Positions 1-9,670 of a DNA stretch of 64,000 bases are shown piece by piece. The notes beneath the pieces were generated by a model. It was not told the origin of the DNA. It saw only the letters and a list, made by a program, of their open reading frames with translations, and searched no databases. Source of the DNA: Candidatus Bathyarchaeota archaeon (GTDB lineage Archaea > Thermoproteota > Bathyarchaeia > Bathyarchaeales > Bathycorpusculaceae); NCBI GenBank assembly GCA_963828195.1, contig CAWHDT010000005.1, positions 352,001 through 416,000 of the forward strand. The letters run 5' to 3'. The translations under genes were made by a program, and so were the position numbers. Position 1 is the first letter of the stretch, and every line of letters begins with the position of its first letter.

Positions 1-381
1 ATCGCGAAAAGCCTCAAAATATCTTTAGGAACAGTTCATAAGCGTGTAGAAGACTTAGAGAATAGAGGGCTCTTGAAGGGATACACCGCAGTTCTGGATC
101 CAGTCAAGCTTGGGTACGCAATGTCAACTGTTATTTTCATTCAAACTGAGGGTGGGCATCTTGATTATGTTGAAAACATTATTTCAAAGGCAGCTAATGT
201 AACGTCAATATACGAAATCACTGGGGACTTCGACTTAGTCATAGTTGCAAAGTTTAAAGATAGCGCCGACTTGAGTTCTTTCATCAAACAATTGCTAACA
301 ATTCGCCATGTCCGAAGAACCGTTACAGACGTAGCCCTCAACATCATAAAAGAAGAAGCCTCTCCAGCGGTGATTGGATAA
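1..381 (+). CDS. Lrp/AsnC family transcriptional regulator (5' truncated by window edge)
   Basis: Frame open from base 1 (IAKSLKISLGTVHKRVEDLENRGLLKGY = HTH), followed by a RAM domain (YEITGDFDLVIV ... RRTVT). Confidence 0.9.
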   Translation: MAKSLKISLGTVHKRVEDLENRGLLKGYTAVLDPVKLGYAMSTVIFIQTEGGHLDYVENIISKAANVTSIYEITGDFDLVIVAKFKDSADLSSFIKQLLTIRHVRRTVTDVALNIIKEEASPAVIG

Positions 382-778
382 AATGAATATTCAAAATAAA
401 TGATAACAAAATTTATGAAACGATGTGAAAAACCTGAAGAACAACTGCAACCTTCAACTCTCAGGCTTGCCCTAAAATGGGTAGAGTCTTAACAGCTAAC
501 TCAAACGAAATTTTTCGACAAAACTAGCTCGGTTTGCTACCGTTGGGATTGCCAAAGACCAATGGATGATCAAGCGGAAGTCTCCCTTTTTTATGAGAAA
601 AACGAACCAGGGCATAGAAAAATGGCCTGGCGAAGTTGTTTCGGTGAATTTAGCGGCATTACCTCCGAACTCCTTTTTTACAACATTGCCTTGAATGAAA
701 TACTTCCAGTGATAAATATGATAAAAATTTATTTCATGCTAACAATAAGGCTGCCAAATGATTCACTATTCATAATTA

Positions 779-817
779 TTCTTAATATTTGTGAACATTT
801 CTCAAATCGTTTTATAT
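779..817 (+). promoter_or_regulatory. Operator + TATA box, copy 1
   Basis: TTCTTAA-TAT-TTGTGAA-CA, 13 nt, TTTATAT; same architecture at five other promoters. Confidence 0.7.
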
Positions 818-869
818 TCTTATCCTAACACTCAGATTTCAGAGCAAACAAAAAATAGGATGAAATGGC

Positions 870-995
870 ATGTTGGATTTGGAAACTCCATTATTGGCGC
901 GTTTAAGCTCGTTCACCTTACCCTTCATGTTTACGGGGTATGACAGTTTGTGCATGCAACAAGCAATAAGAGCAACATCCGGCAAGGTGGATTAA
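870..995 (+). CDS. Small ORF, 41 aa (MLDLETPLLARLSSFTLPFMFTGYDSLCMQQAIRATSGKVD), paralog of 3080-3178
   Basis: Follows operator/TATA copy 1; aligns at nucleotide and peptide level with the ORF at 3051-3178 (-). Confidence 0.45.
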   Translation: MLDLETPLLARLSSFTLPFMFTGYDSLCMQQAIRATSGKVD

Positions 996-997
996 AC

Positions 998-1177
998 GTG
1001 TATAGTACGATAATTTTGGATTGCCAAACCAAAACAGCCTTCTCCTGCTCGGAGGACTGCATCGCTTTCAAAACATGCACTGCACGCAAGAAGCGTCCAC
1101 CAATCCGCTCTCGCAGACATTTAGTAGTCATTGAAGCTCCAACCGAGAAAACGAGAAAAAACAGGCTGAAAATCTAA
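998..1177 (+). CDS. Small Cys-rich basic hypothetical protein, 59 aa
   Basis: GTG start after GGTGG; four Cys (C-x7-C-x3-C-x5-C) then a Lys/Arg-rich tail. Confidence 0.4.
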   Translation: MYSTIILDCQTKTAFSCSEDCIAFKTCTARKKRPPIRSRRHLVVIEAPTEKTRKNRLKI

Positions 1178-1211
1178 CAAACAAATTAACTTATGGAAGA
1201 GTAAAAACGAA

Positions 1212-1337
1212 ATGAAAGTTGTTGCTGCATGGAGCGGCGGAAAAGACAGTTGCTACGCGTACTATTTGGCAATGCAACAAGGCCACGAGGTAATCAACCT
1301 TTTAATATATGAGCTTAATACGCTTCAAACTTATTAA
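1212..1337 (+). pseudogene. N-terminal fragment of a diphthamide-synthase-like (Dph6/MJ0570) PP-loop ATPase
   Basis: MKVVAAWSGGKDSCYAYYLAMQQGHEVINLL then a stop after 41 codons; SGGKDS PP-loop. Confidence 0.75.
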
Positions 1338-1403
1338 GAAGACAGATTTAAATAAAATTGCAGGTGAGATTCACCTCATCATTCAAAGGGGTCTTTGGGC
1401 TTT

Positions 1404-2962
1404 TCAACATTTGATTGGCGACAGACCAGTAACCTCATAAAGCTTCTTCATGTCTATATTTGCTCTTACGATTTCGGCTAACTTATCCAAATTTTCTTCC
1501 CAGATCTTCTGAATGTTTTCTTCACGGTGAAAACTTGTCTTTAGCTGTTTTTTTCTAAGAGAAACCCAACTAAAGCCCGCCTTAGCGGTGGATCATCGAA
1601 GAGACCGTGAAGATATGTACCAAAGATAACGCCGGCATTATCACATGCGCCGTCAAGTCTCTCGAATGTGTTGTCGTCACGCTTTACTACCTTAAAGATC
1701 GGACGGGCTTTTTCGCCTAGTACAGTTGAACCCATATGGATTTCGTAACCCACAATCCTTTGCCCCCTCACTTGATCGAATATATGGCCCGATCCTATTA
1801 TCTCGGCCTCAAGCTGATTGGTGGTCTTGCCATAGAAATCGAATTTTGTTGAGACGTCAAGCAGCCCTAGCCCTCTAATAGTTGTGGGAAGGCCACCTTC
1901 AATTCCCTTTTCATCCACCAGCTCTTTACCGAGCATCTGGAATCCGCCACAAACACCAATCACTGGAACACCTTTCCCCGCAAGGTCAACGATTTTTTCT
2001 GCGAACCCAGACTGTTTCAGCCACAGAAAGTCTTGGATAGTGTTCTTGGTTCCAGGTATGACAATGGCATCCGGCGAGCCCAATTCCCGTGTTGACCCGA
2101 CAAAGTTCACTTTTACGTTTGGTTCGATTTCTAACGGGTGGAAATCCGTGAAATTTGAAATCATGGGCAGACGGATAACGGCAATTTCGACATTTGTCCC
2201 AGTGTGCGCAACAGTTTTTTCCATTAGTCCTATTGAATCTTCATCAGGGAGGACAAGTCCTTCAATACGAGGAATTGCTCCAACTATGGGCCATCCAGTT
2301 TTCTCTTCGATGATTGAAGAGCATGGCTTGAGAAAATCTTTTCGTCCCTCCCATTTATTGATTATCACTCCTTTGATTCTGTTTCTGCTGTCTTCGTCAA
2401 GCAACTCATGGATGCCGACGACGGAAGCCATAGCCCCTCCTCTGGCGCAGTTTATATCCGCAACCAATAAAACAGGAGCCTCAGCTATTTCTGCCGTCTT
2501 CATGTTAACAACGCTTACATTAAAGTAATCGTCCGTGGGGCATCCCGCTCCTTCAATGACTACTACGTCAGACTCCGACTTCAGTCGCTCAAGGGATTCC
2601 TCAATCACTTTGGTCAAAAGCGCAGCAAATTTTCCATGCTGCCAGTAGTCATCAACCGCGACATCGCAGTACGGCTTTCCGTGAATTATCAACTGAATGT
2701 CTTTTCCTATTTCCTTCGGTTTCACTAGGATCGGGTTCATGTCAACAGTGGGTTCTACGCAGGCGGCCATTGCCTGCAGAACTTGGATTCTGGCCATTTC
2801 GCCGTCTTTGGCGACGAAGGAATTTAGGGACATGTTCTGCGACTTGAATGGGACGACCTTGTACCCATCTTTGGCGAAAATTCTGCATAACGCTGCAACT
2901 ATTATGCTTTTCCCAACTTGGCTTCCGGTACCTTGAATCATTAGAGTCTTTGCTTTCTTCAT
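1404..2962 (-). CDS. cobQ: Cobyric acid synthase, with a frameshift in an A7 run near the 3' end
   Basis: MIQGTGSQVGKS, PFKSQNMSLNS, ISNFTDF, PGTKNT, GVCGGFQMLG, GTYLHG. The ORF stops at 1541 but the typical C-terminal helix (LDKLAEIVRANIDMKKL) continues in another frame to 1404. Confidence 0.9.
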
Positions 2963-3079
2963 TACTAAACCCCGTTCGGTATACTAAACACCTTTTCTAC
3001 ATAACCTTTGAACTTCTACATAGAATTGGCAACCAAAACAATCGTGCTATTTAAGTCAAGCCTCTATTGATCTTTACTC

Positions 3080-3178
3080 TTAGAACTTGTTGCACCCGAA
3101 CGAACTCCTATTCCTCATGAATGTAAAAGGTGTGGTAAACAAGTCTGGACCTGCGCATACAAAGATTCCCAAATTCAA
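3080..3178 (-). CDS. Small ORF, 32 aa (probably frameshifted; alternative frame ends at 3051), paralog of 870-995
   Basis: TTG start after GGTGA; LNLGIFVCAGPDLFTTPFTFMRNRS; shifted frame gives VQQVLRVKINRGLT. Confidence 0.4.
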   Translation of the reverse strand: MNLGIFVCAGPDLFTTPFTFMRNRSSFGCNKF

Positions 3179-3232
3179 CTGTCTTTCACCCAATTTTTTG
3201 TTTTGGCTCTAAAATTAAATTGATATTTCATT

Positions 3233-3271
3233 ATATAAGGTGATTTGAGAAATGTTCATAAATATTAAGAA
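3233..3271 (-). promoter_or_regulatory. Operator + TATA box, copy 2 (upstream of small ORF and cobQ)
   Basis: Minus strand TTCTTAA-TAT-TTATGAA-CA, 13 nt, CTTATAT. Confidence 0.7.
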
Positions 3272-3593
3272 TAGTTAAACGATCAAACACCATTTTAAAG
3301 ATTATTTGAATCAACATCTATGTTGCCTGCAACAATTCCCTATCCGACTTGACTTCTCTTGTTGAGAAAAAAATAGGAAAAGTCATAAGGCAATAAGCAA
3401 ATGTAGCTAAAAACATAGTTGTGCATAGTTTGACTAAGGATACTGGTTTCTTAAATCATTTTTCAAAACCTGAACGTGATGTAAATGTTTTCTTTTCCGG
3501 TAAAACTATCTTTAACGGTAATGCTTTTTTCATTTTTAATCAGTATAACTTTTGGAAGAAAACTAGAGTTTTTTTAAAAAAGAAAAGGGGGGA

Positions 3594-5201
3594 TTAAGTT
3601 TTTTTCCAGAACTTGATTGTTCTGGATTTGGTGGTTTTGGTCGCGGTTGTGTCATCTTCGTCTTTGCCTGGGAATGGGAACAAGCCAGAGGGCTTAGATT
3701 TTGAGTTAACGCGGAAATAGACCAAGCCTATTGCCAACCATATTGCGGTGCCGACTATAGCAAAGATACCTTCCGATGACGACGCCCCTCCACCAGCAAA
3801 GCTAAGATACACAATAGTAGCCATCATAACGGCGTTAGCAGCGAAGCCTGCAATTGGAACTACTTTGCGTTTGAAGATGTTACTGCGCTCTTTCGTAAAT
3901 GCGATCAGTGCCACGATGTTTGTTATTGCATAGAGCAGGAAGGTGCCAAAGTTTGATAGCAATGTGATTGATGTTAGGTTTGTGATTGTCAGCACTCCGA
4001 AAGATCCTATAGCTGCTGCAACAGCTGTCATTATCCAAATTCCAATCCCTGGAGTTTGGTATTTTGGGTTTAGCTTGCTTAGGTGATACGGTACTTCAGT
4101 GTCTCGGCTGATTGCGTAGGTTACTCTAACTCCGGTGTTCATGCACGCAAGGGTAGTGCCTAATATTGCAGCGGCCACAATCGCAGCTATTATTAACTCC
4201 AGTGTGAATCCGTTGCCGCCGAGAAATACGTTTCCGAGGTTGCGAACCATATCGCCGATGGGGGCGCTTGAGACTGCGGCAGCGCTAAATCCTCTGTATA
4301 CTTGGCCATTTTGCGTTATGGTGTAGCTGCTGTTCATCCAAGCTTCAGCGCCGAAGTACTCGAACAGATACGCGAAAAGACCTTGGATAACTAGCGATAG
4401 TATGATTGCTTTAGGAACCGTCTTAGGATCTTTGGCTTCTGCGGTGTATGCTGTTGCGGATTCGAATCCGACTAGTACTAAGATAGCGATGGTCGCTTGA
4501 AATAGCACAGTGCTAATGTCATGAGGTGTAACTATTCCGCCTAAGCTCGTGAACGTGAAGCTTACGTGTTGAGGGTTGGTAAAACGGAATGCTAATGCCA
4601 TGCCGGTGATAACGACAAGCATACCGATTTGAACTATGTTGAGGAGCAGGTTTGTTTTTGTTGATCCTTGAATTCCGCGGTAAGCTATCGCGCCTGTGAC
4701 AACAGCAAATAAGCAAGCGATACCAATTTCGCCTAAGGGTGAAATGCTGAAGCCAAGTACCGATAAAATCCATGTGAGCAGGATAGACATAGCTGCAACC
4801 ATGACTCCAGGGTAGACCCAGTAGTAGAGGTGAGAAATCCAGCCGACACCGAACTTTGCGTTTCTCGCTGAAGTGTTGCTTGCACCGTTGTCTAGCAAGG
4901 CTCTTTGAGCAAAGTAATACGAGCTGCCGGGACCTGCATCAGGGTAACGCCGAGCTAGCCACGAATAAGACGCGGCAGTTAGGAACGCCAAAATTAATGC
5001 TAATGTAAGGCCAAAAAATATGTCGTTGGCGGTTGAAGCGCCAGACGGGGTGGTCTGAGCTGCGTTTATCTGGAAAGTGAGCCACAAGAACGCTCCTGGA
5101 GCTATTAAGGCCATGGCGTTTATCGTTATACCGCCTAGGCTGAGAGTTTTTTTCAATTGAGTTTTGTTTTGCGTCTGTGAACCTGTTGAATCAGTAGAGA
5201 T
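3594..5201 (-). CDS. APC-family amino acid/amine permease (start ATC 5201 or TTG 5156)
   Basis: About 12 hydrophobic helices; NAMALIAPGAF, GPGSSY and GFESATAYTAEAKDP motifs. Confidence 0.9.
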   Translation of the reverse strand: MSTDSTGSQTQNKTQLKKTLSLGGITINAMALIAPGAFLWLTFQINAAQTTPSGASTANDIFFGLTLALILAFLTAASYSWLARRYPDAGPGSSYYFAQRALLDNGASNTSARNAKFGVGWISHLYYWVYPGVMVAAMSILLTWILSVLGFSISPLGEIGIACLFAVVTGAIAYRGIQGSTKTNLLLNIVQIGMLVVITGMALAFRFTNPQHVSFTFTSLGGIVTPHDISTVLFQATIAILVLVGFESATAYTAEAKDPKTVPKAIILSLVIQGLFAYLFEYFGAEAWMNSSYTITQNGQVYRGFSAAAVSSAPIGDMVRNLGNVFLGGNGFTLELIIAAIVAAAILGTTLACMNTGVRVTYAISRDTEVPYHLSKLNPKYQTPGIGIWIMTAVAAAIGSFGVLTITNLTSITLLSNFGTFLLYAITNIVALIAFTKERSNIFKRKVVPIAGFAANAVMMATIVYLSFAGGGASSSEGIFAIVGTAIWLAIGLVYFRVNSKSKPSGLFPFPGKDEDDTTATKTTKSRTIKFWKKT

Positions 5202-5328
5202 CTATCTTCCCTCCTCTGAGTGGTAAGCTGGAAATAGTGGAAAATATTTTTTTGCCTTTTTTAACGAGTAGAGTGTCGGGCTTTCTGCTTGATTTGTTTA
5301 CATTTGGAGATTCCATTCTCTTTTTCAT
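5191..5328 (-). CDS. Upstream small basic ORF, 45 aa, overlapping the permease start
   Basis: ATG about 45 nt after the TATA box; MKKRMESPNVNKSSRKPDTLLVKKGKKIFSTISSLPLRGGKIDLY. Confidence 0.3.
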   Translation of the reverse strand: MKKRMESPNVNKSSRKPDTLLVKKGKKIFSTISSLPLRGGKIDLY

Positions 5329-5371
5329 CTAGTAACACCGAACTTTTAGTCAATAAAGCAAGTCCAGCGAA

Positions 5372-5410
5372 ATATAAACCTAATTAAGATTTGTTCATAA
5401 CTTTTATGAT
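5372..5410 (-). promoter_or_regulatory. Operator + TATA box, copy 3 (permease promoter)
   Basis: Minus strand ATCATAA-AAG-TTATGAA-CA, 13 nt, TTTATAT. Confidence 0.75.
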
Positions 5411-5840
5411 AAACAAAAATAATGTTCAATTAAAATAATTTATATTAGACATTTGGCTGGTAATTGCCGCTTTTCTTTGTCACCTTGGTTTGAAACATTT
5501 CGTTGGTGAAGCAGGCTATCGCTCATTTATGAGTTCTTTGATCGGTCAAGGTATTGAAAGTCATCAAGTTGACGTTTGGCAAAGAGGTTGCAAAGAACTT
5601 GTGCCTCTTAAAGGGATAAATCAAATAATGTTGGTAGTGCAGTAATCACAATGAGTTGTTCTCCGTCCGCCGTCTGGAGAAAAATCAAATTTAAGACACC
5701 AGTATCAACTTTGAGCTTTGGGACGGCCAATGAGGTTTTCTGGGGTGTCCAACACTTTCAAGATTTCGAGGGAGAGTTATGATAACGACAATCAAACATT
5801 TAATTGGCTTAAACTACGGTGCGGTGCTATATGTTTCTGT

Positions 5841-8621
5841 TTAAGTGTGGTCGTGCATTTTAAGCATTTCAGGACTGGTTTTAGTGAACTTGCGGCTGAA
5901 GAACTTTCTTATTTCCTCTGCGCAAACAACGATTACTGCTAGTGATACTAGAAATGCCCAGTTGCTGAGGGAGAGAGCAGTTGTTGTGAAGATGTGCTGC
6001 ATAAAAGGAACATAGATGAGTAGTGAGAGGATTCCGATTTGTGCAGTTATGCCGAAGATTATCCATTTGTTTGTTTTCAAGCTTGTTTTAAAGATTGATT
6101 GCTTGCTGGTTCGACATGCTAAGACATTGCCTGCTTGAGCTACTACTATACCAGCAAAAGTCATGGTTACACCTTTGGCGTAAACTCCGCTAGTATAAAA
6201 TGAACTGGTACTTGTTAAGACCATTCCAAAGTGCCATCCACCCGCAATCCAAGCGTTAAGGCACCCAATCATAGCTCCTGTAGCAATGATAACCCCGACG
6301 AACACCGAACGAAGTAGAACTTTACGGGTAAACAGTCTCTCCTTGATGCTTCTGGGTGGCTCTTGCATAATCCCTGCTTCAGGTGGTTCACGGCTTAAAG
6401 CCAAAGAGGGAATAACATCAATCGCAAGGTCAATGGCTAAAACTTGGGGCACAAGCAACGGCAAAGGAATACCTAAAACGGCGAACAATATAAACGGAAT
6501 CAGTTCAGCCCAGTCATGCGAAAACACATAAACAATAAACTTACGAATATTTTCATAAATTGCCCTCCCAGACTCAATGGCTTTCACAATGGATGCAAAG
6601 CTATCATTGAGCAAAACAATGTCGGCGGCTTCACGAGCAACATCAGTACCTGACGCCCCCATGGCAACACCGATGTCAGCTTCCTTAAGCGAAGGCGCAT
6701 CATTTGCTCCGTCACCAGTAACCGCAACAATTTCTCCGCCCTTTTTGACCACTGTAACTATACGAAGTTTCTGTTCAGGTGAAACACGAGCAAAAATCAC
6801 GTTGCCTTTGCGAACTTCATCTACGATTGCTTGGTCGCTTAAATCATCCAAGTCCACCCCGCGAATAATCTGATGACGTTCCTGGTCGACGATTCCAACT
6901 TCTTGAGCAATAGCCTGAGCGGTTGGACCGTAATCCCCCGTGATAATGACGGTTTTCACTCCTGCTCGCTTTGCCTCCAAAACGGCATCTTTAACTTCTA
7001 TTCGTGGAGGATCACGCATTGCGGCCAACCCTACAAAAATTAGGTTTTTTTCTACTTCATCTTTGATGTATGCGCTTTTGGGGATTTCCTTGTATGCTGC
7101 GGCAATGACGCGCAACCCCTCAGTGGCAAACTCATGAATCTTAGCTTCAATAACCTTAATGGTCTCTTCGTTTAATTCTTCAACTTTATCATCAACAAGC
7201 ATTTCGGTACAGATGTCTAAAATGTTTCTTGGAGCACCTTTTGTGTAAATGCAAACGTCACCGTTCATCTTATGAACGGTGCTCATTCGTTTTCGCTCAA
7301 AACTGAACGGTAAAACATGCACAATTGGTTTCTCTTCTAAAGCATTTTGAACGTTCACATTCGATTTTAGCGCAGCAACAAGTAAAGCGCCGTCAGTTGG
7401 GTCACCTATCACACCCCAATTTCTGTTTCTATCTGAAGGAGGATCAAGCTTTGCTCCGTTACAAAGTGCAGTAATCTCAATAAGCTTTTCCAGAGAGCCC
7501 GTTTGCCCCTCTTGTAGTGGCTGACCGTTTTTGGTGAAATCGCCTTCAGGTTTGTAGCCTAAGCCCGAAACGTCCACGACAGAATCGTAAACCCACAGCT
7601 TGTTTACAGTCATTTCGCCCTTCGTTATTGTGCCAGTCTTATCAGTGCAGATTACTGTAACGCTGCCTAAGGTTTGCACAGCTGATAACCGCTTTACCAA
7701 AACGTTCTGTTTTACCATTTTTAGAACGTTGATGGCTAAGGCGCTTGAAACGGTGACTTGTAAACCTTCAGGAACGCAAGCCACCATTACACCAATCATG
7801 AAGAAAATGCCTGTAGCTAAAGTAACATGTAAGAAGAAAAAACTAAAGACAAAAAATATCGTACCCACTGCAACAGCGATTATGAAATCATACTTTGCTG
7901 TTAAAGTGATTTCTTTCTGGAGCGGGCTTTCTTCTTCATGAATTGTCTGAGTTAAACTGGCGATTCTTCCAAACTGGGTATTCATTCCTGTTGAGTAAAC
8001 AACTGCTTTTCCTTGACCTTTGGCGACGCTTGTACTCATGAAAACGAGGTTTGGCGAATACAAGTACGTTTTCTCAGCTGTGTTAACGACCTCGGCAACA
8101 CGCGGTTGCGGTTCCGACTCACCTGTTAAAGGAACGTTATTGGTCCATAAGTCAAAAGCTTCAATTAAGCGTGCGTCCGCCGGTACACGGTCGCCTTCTT
8201 CCAGAGATATAATGTCCCCTGGGACAATTTCTCTGACTGAGATTTTTTTATGTTCTCCGTCTCGGATTACTTTGGCAAACTCGGGCATCCAGCTTTTGAG
8301 GGTTGCCATAGCTTTTTCTGCACGGGACTCTTGAAACATGCTTACAAAAATGTTTACAAAAACAACTGCAAGTATAATTAAGGCAGTTTCTAGACTGCCG
8401 CTTATGTAAGATAAAACGCTTGCAACTAGCAACAAAATGCCGAAAAGGTCGCGAAGGTGATGGATAAATTTGTGGATAAAAGGTATTTGCCTTTTTTCGG
8501 AAAGTTGGTTGTAGCCATATTTCGTCAGACGAAGTTTTGCCTCGTCGCTTGACAGGCCATTGGGTGATGTCTTTAGGTCGTCGAAGACCTCGTTAATTGG
8601 CAAAGAAGCAGCTTTCTCCAA
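5841..8621 (-). CDS. Cation-transporting P-type ATPase (type II, IIC-like)
   Basis: TGES, CVPEGL, DKTGT, KGAP, TGDGANDAP; M6 LAIDLAID resembles Na/K-type pumps. Confidence 0.92.
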   Translation of the reverse strand: MEKAASLPINEVFDDLKTSPNGLSSDEAKLRLTKYGYNQLSEKRQIPFIHKFIHHLRDLFGILLLVASVLSYISGSLETALIILAVVFVNIFVSMFQESRAEKAMATLKSWMPEFAKVIRDGEHKKISVREIVPGDIISLEEGDRVPADARLIEAFDLWTNNVPLTGESEPQPRVAEVVNTAEKTYLYSPNLVFMSTSVAKGQGKAVVYSTGMNTQFGRIASLTQTIHEEESPLQKEITLTAKYDFIIAVAVGTIFFVFSFFFLHVTLATGIFFMIGVMVACVPEGLQVTVSSALAINVLKMVKQNVLVKRLSAVQTLGSVTVICTDKTGTITKGEMTVNKLWVYDSVVDVSGLGYKPEGDFTKNGQPLQEGQTGSLEKLIEITALCNGAKLDPPSDRNRNWGVIGDPTDGALLVAALKSNVNVQNALEEKPIVHVLPFSFERKRMSTVHKMNGDVCIYTKGAPRNILDICTEMLVDDKVEELNEETIKVIEAKIHEFATEGLRVIAAAYKEIPKSAYIKDEVEKNLIFVGLAAMRDPPRIEVKDAVLEAKRAGVKTVIITGDYGPTAQAIAQEVGIVDQERHQIIRGVDLDDLSDQAIVDEVRKGNVIFARVSPEQKLRIVTVVKKGGEIVAVTGDGANDAPSLKEADIGVAMGASGTDVAREAADIVLLNDSFASIVKAIESGRAIYENIRKFIVYVFSHDWAELIPFILFAVLGIPLPLLVPQVLAIDLAIDVIPSLALSREPPEAGIMQEPPRSIKERLFTRKVLLRSVFVGVIIATGAMIGCLNAWIAGGWHFGMVLTSTSSFYTSGVYAKGVTMTFAGIVVAQAGNVLACRTSKQSIFKTSLKTNKWIIFGITAQIGILSLLIYVPFMQHIFTTTALSLSNWAFLVSLAVIVVCAEEIRKFFSRKFTKTSPEMLKMHDHT

Positions 8622-8954
8622 ATAAATTCCGCCAACCTCACGATTGACTGCCGCTTAGTCCCATTAAACTCTTAATTAATTTTTTAGTGGTTGGCCCTTG
8701 TATGTTTAAATGAATGAAACAGTATCTTTGTTGCATACCTTGTGAGTTACCTTGTCTTAGTAATATATCCTTCAGAAAATCTTTTGAAAGTCTCCCTTTC
8801 ATCTTCCAGCTTATCGATTTTTTCAAACCATTATGGTGACAGTACGACATCTAATGTTGTTATTTCTCCTTTCTGTTTAAAGCAATCCGTTAGAGGGATT
8901 ATGTATTGGCTCTTAGTGCAGTATTTCCACTATTTCAGAATACCAGACCAACGC

Positions 8955-9287
8955 TTAGCTTAAGGGAACGCTGCCACTTTCGTGATGAACATTATATGCG
9001 GCTTGTAGCAATCGATTTACACGACAAAGCTCAGGATAGATTTTTTTGTATTCTTCCGATGCATAGTATTCTATTTCACTGGGATAGGCCTTTGCATGTT
9101 GATTTATGTATTTCAGTGCTTCGTGTATGTTCTTGAATTCCAAGTTGCTCATCTTCCAATTTAATGGACATAAAATGGGTTTCTTGTATCAGACTTTGAT
9201 TTTGAGTTCTAACTTGATGCTATAGGCTATAAAGGCAATTGAACCGATTATCGCGGTTATTGAAGCTATATCAATTATTCCAAACAT
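8955..9287 (-). pseudogene. Probable membrane-anchored small protein split by a frameshift (32 aa 9189-9287 + 65 aa 8955-9152)
   Basis: MFGIIDIASITAIIGSIAFIAYSIKLE hydrophobic segment; a 1-nt deletion near 9207 would join it to SKSKSDTRKPILCPLNWK-MSNLEFKN. Confidence 0.45.
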
Positions 9288-9330
9288 ATTTTCACCGTTT
9301 TACTTCTCACTAAGTTAGTTGCTTAGTTAA

Positions 9331-9369
9331 ATATAAATGCAGTTGTGATTTGTTCATAATTTTTCATAA
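9331..9369 (-). promoter_or_regulatory. Operator + TATA box, copy 4
   Basis: Minus strand TTATGAA-AAA-TTATGAA-CA, 13 nt, TTTATAT. Confidence 0.7.
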
Positions 9370-9580
9370 ACACTCGACATGCGTCTAAACTATAACAAGA
9401 AAAATTTTTATGAAATAAAGCATTAAAGCGCGCTTGTTGATGTAACTAAAAACGGAACCGTGTTTTATGCTGCGGAAGTACTTGAGCGTACAATCAAACT
9501 AAACAGTTAGCTAACTAATACATTAAGATGCGGTTGCCTGTCCATATTTTTCGGAGCATTACTTTACAAATTTTTTATTT

Positions 9581-9619
9581 TTCATAATTTTTATGAACAA
9601 ATCTCAATTACGTTTAAAT
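9581..9619 (+). promoter_or_regulatory. Operator + TATA box, copy 5 (glnA promoter; perfect palindrome)
   Basis: TTCATAA-TTT-TTATGAA-CA, 13 nt, TTTAAAT, about 50 nt before the glnA ATG. Confidence 0.8.
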
Positions 9620-9670
9620 GTGATCGTTTCTCCCTTTGTCTCAAAATATCTTGAATAAATGGTGAAGTGA

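Noticed and set aside
562-828. 88-aa ORF in the ORF track
   Set aside because: Runs through AT-rich promoter sequence including the operator and TATA box; no recognisable motif.
5480-5830. Possible decayed winged-helix gene on the minus strand (SLEILKVLD...)
   Set aside because: Only a few residues of resemblance across broken frames; cannot be supported without a profile search.
9370-9670. NrpR (GGAA-N6-TTCC) or GlnR/TnrA boxes upstream of glnA
   Set aside because: GGAA occurrences are not followed by TTCC at 6 nt; the dyad present has different sequence and spacing.
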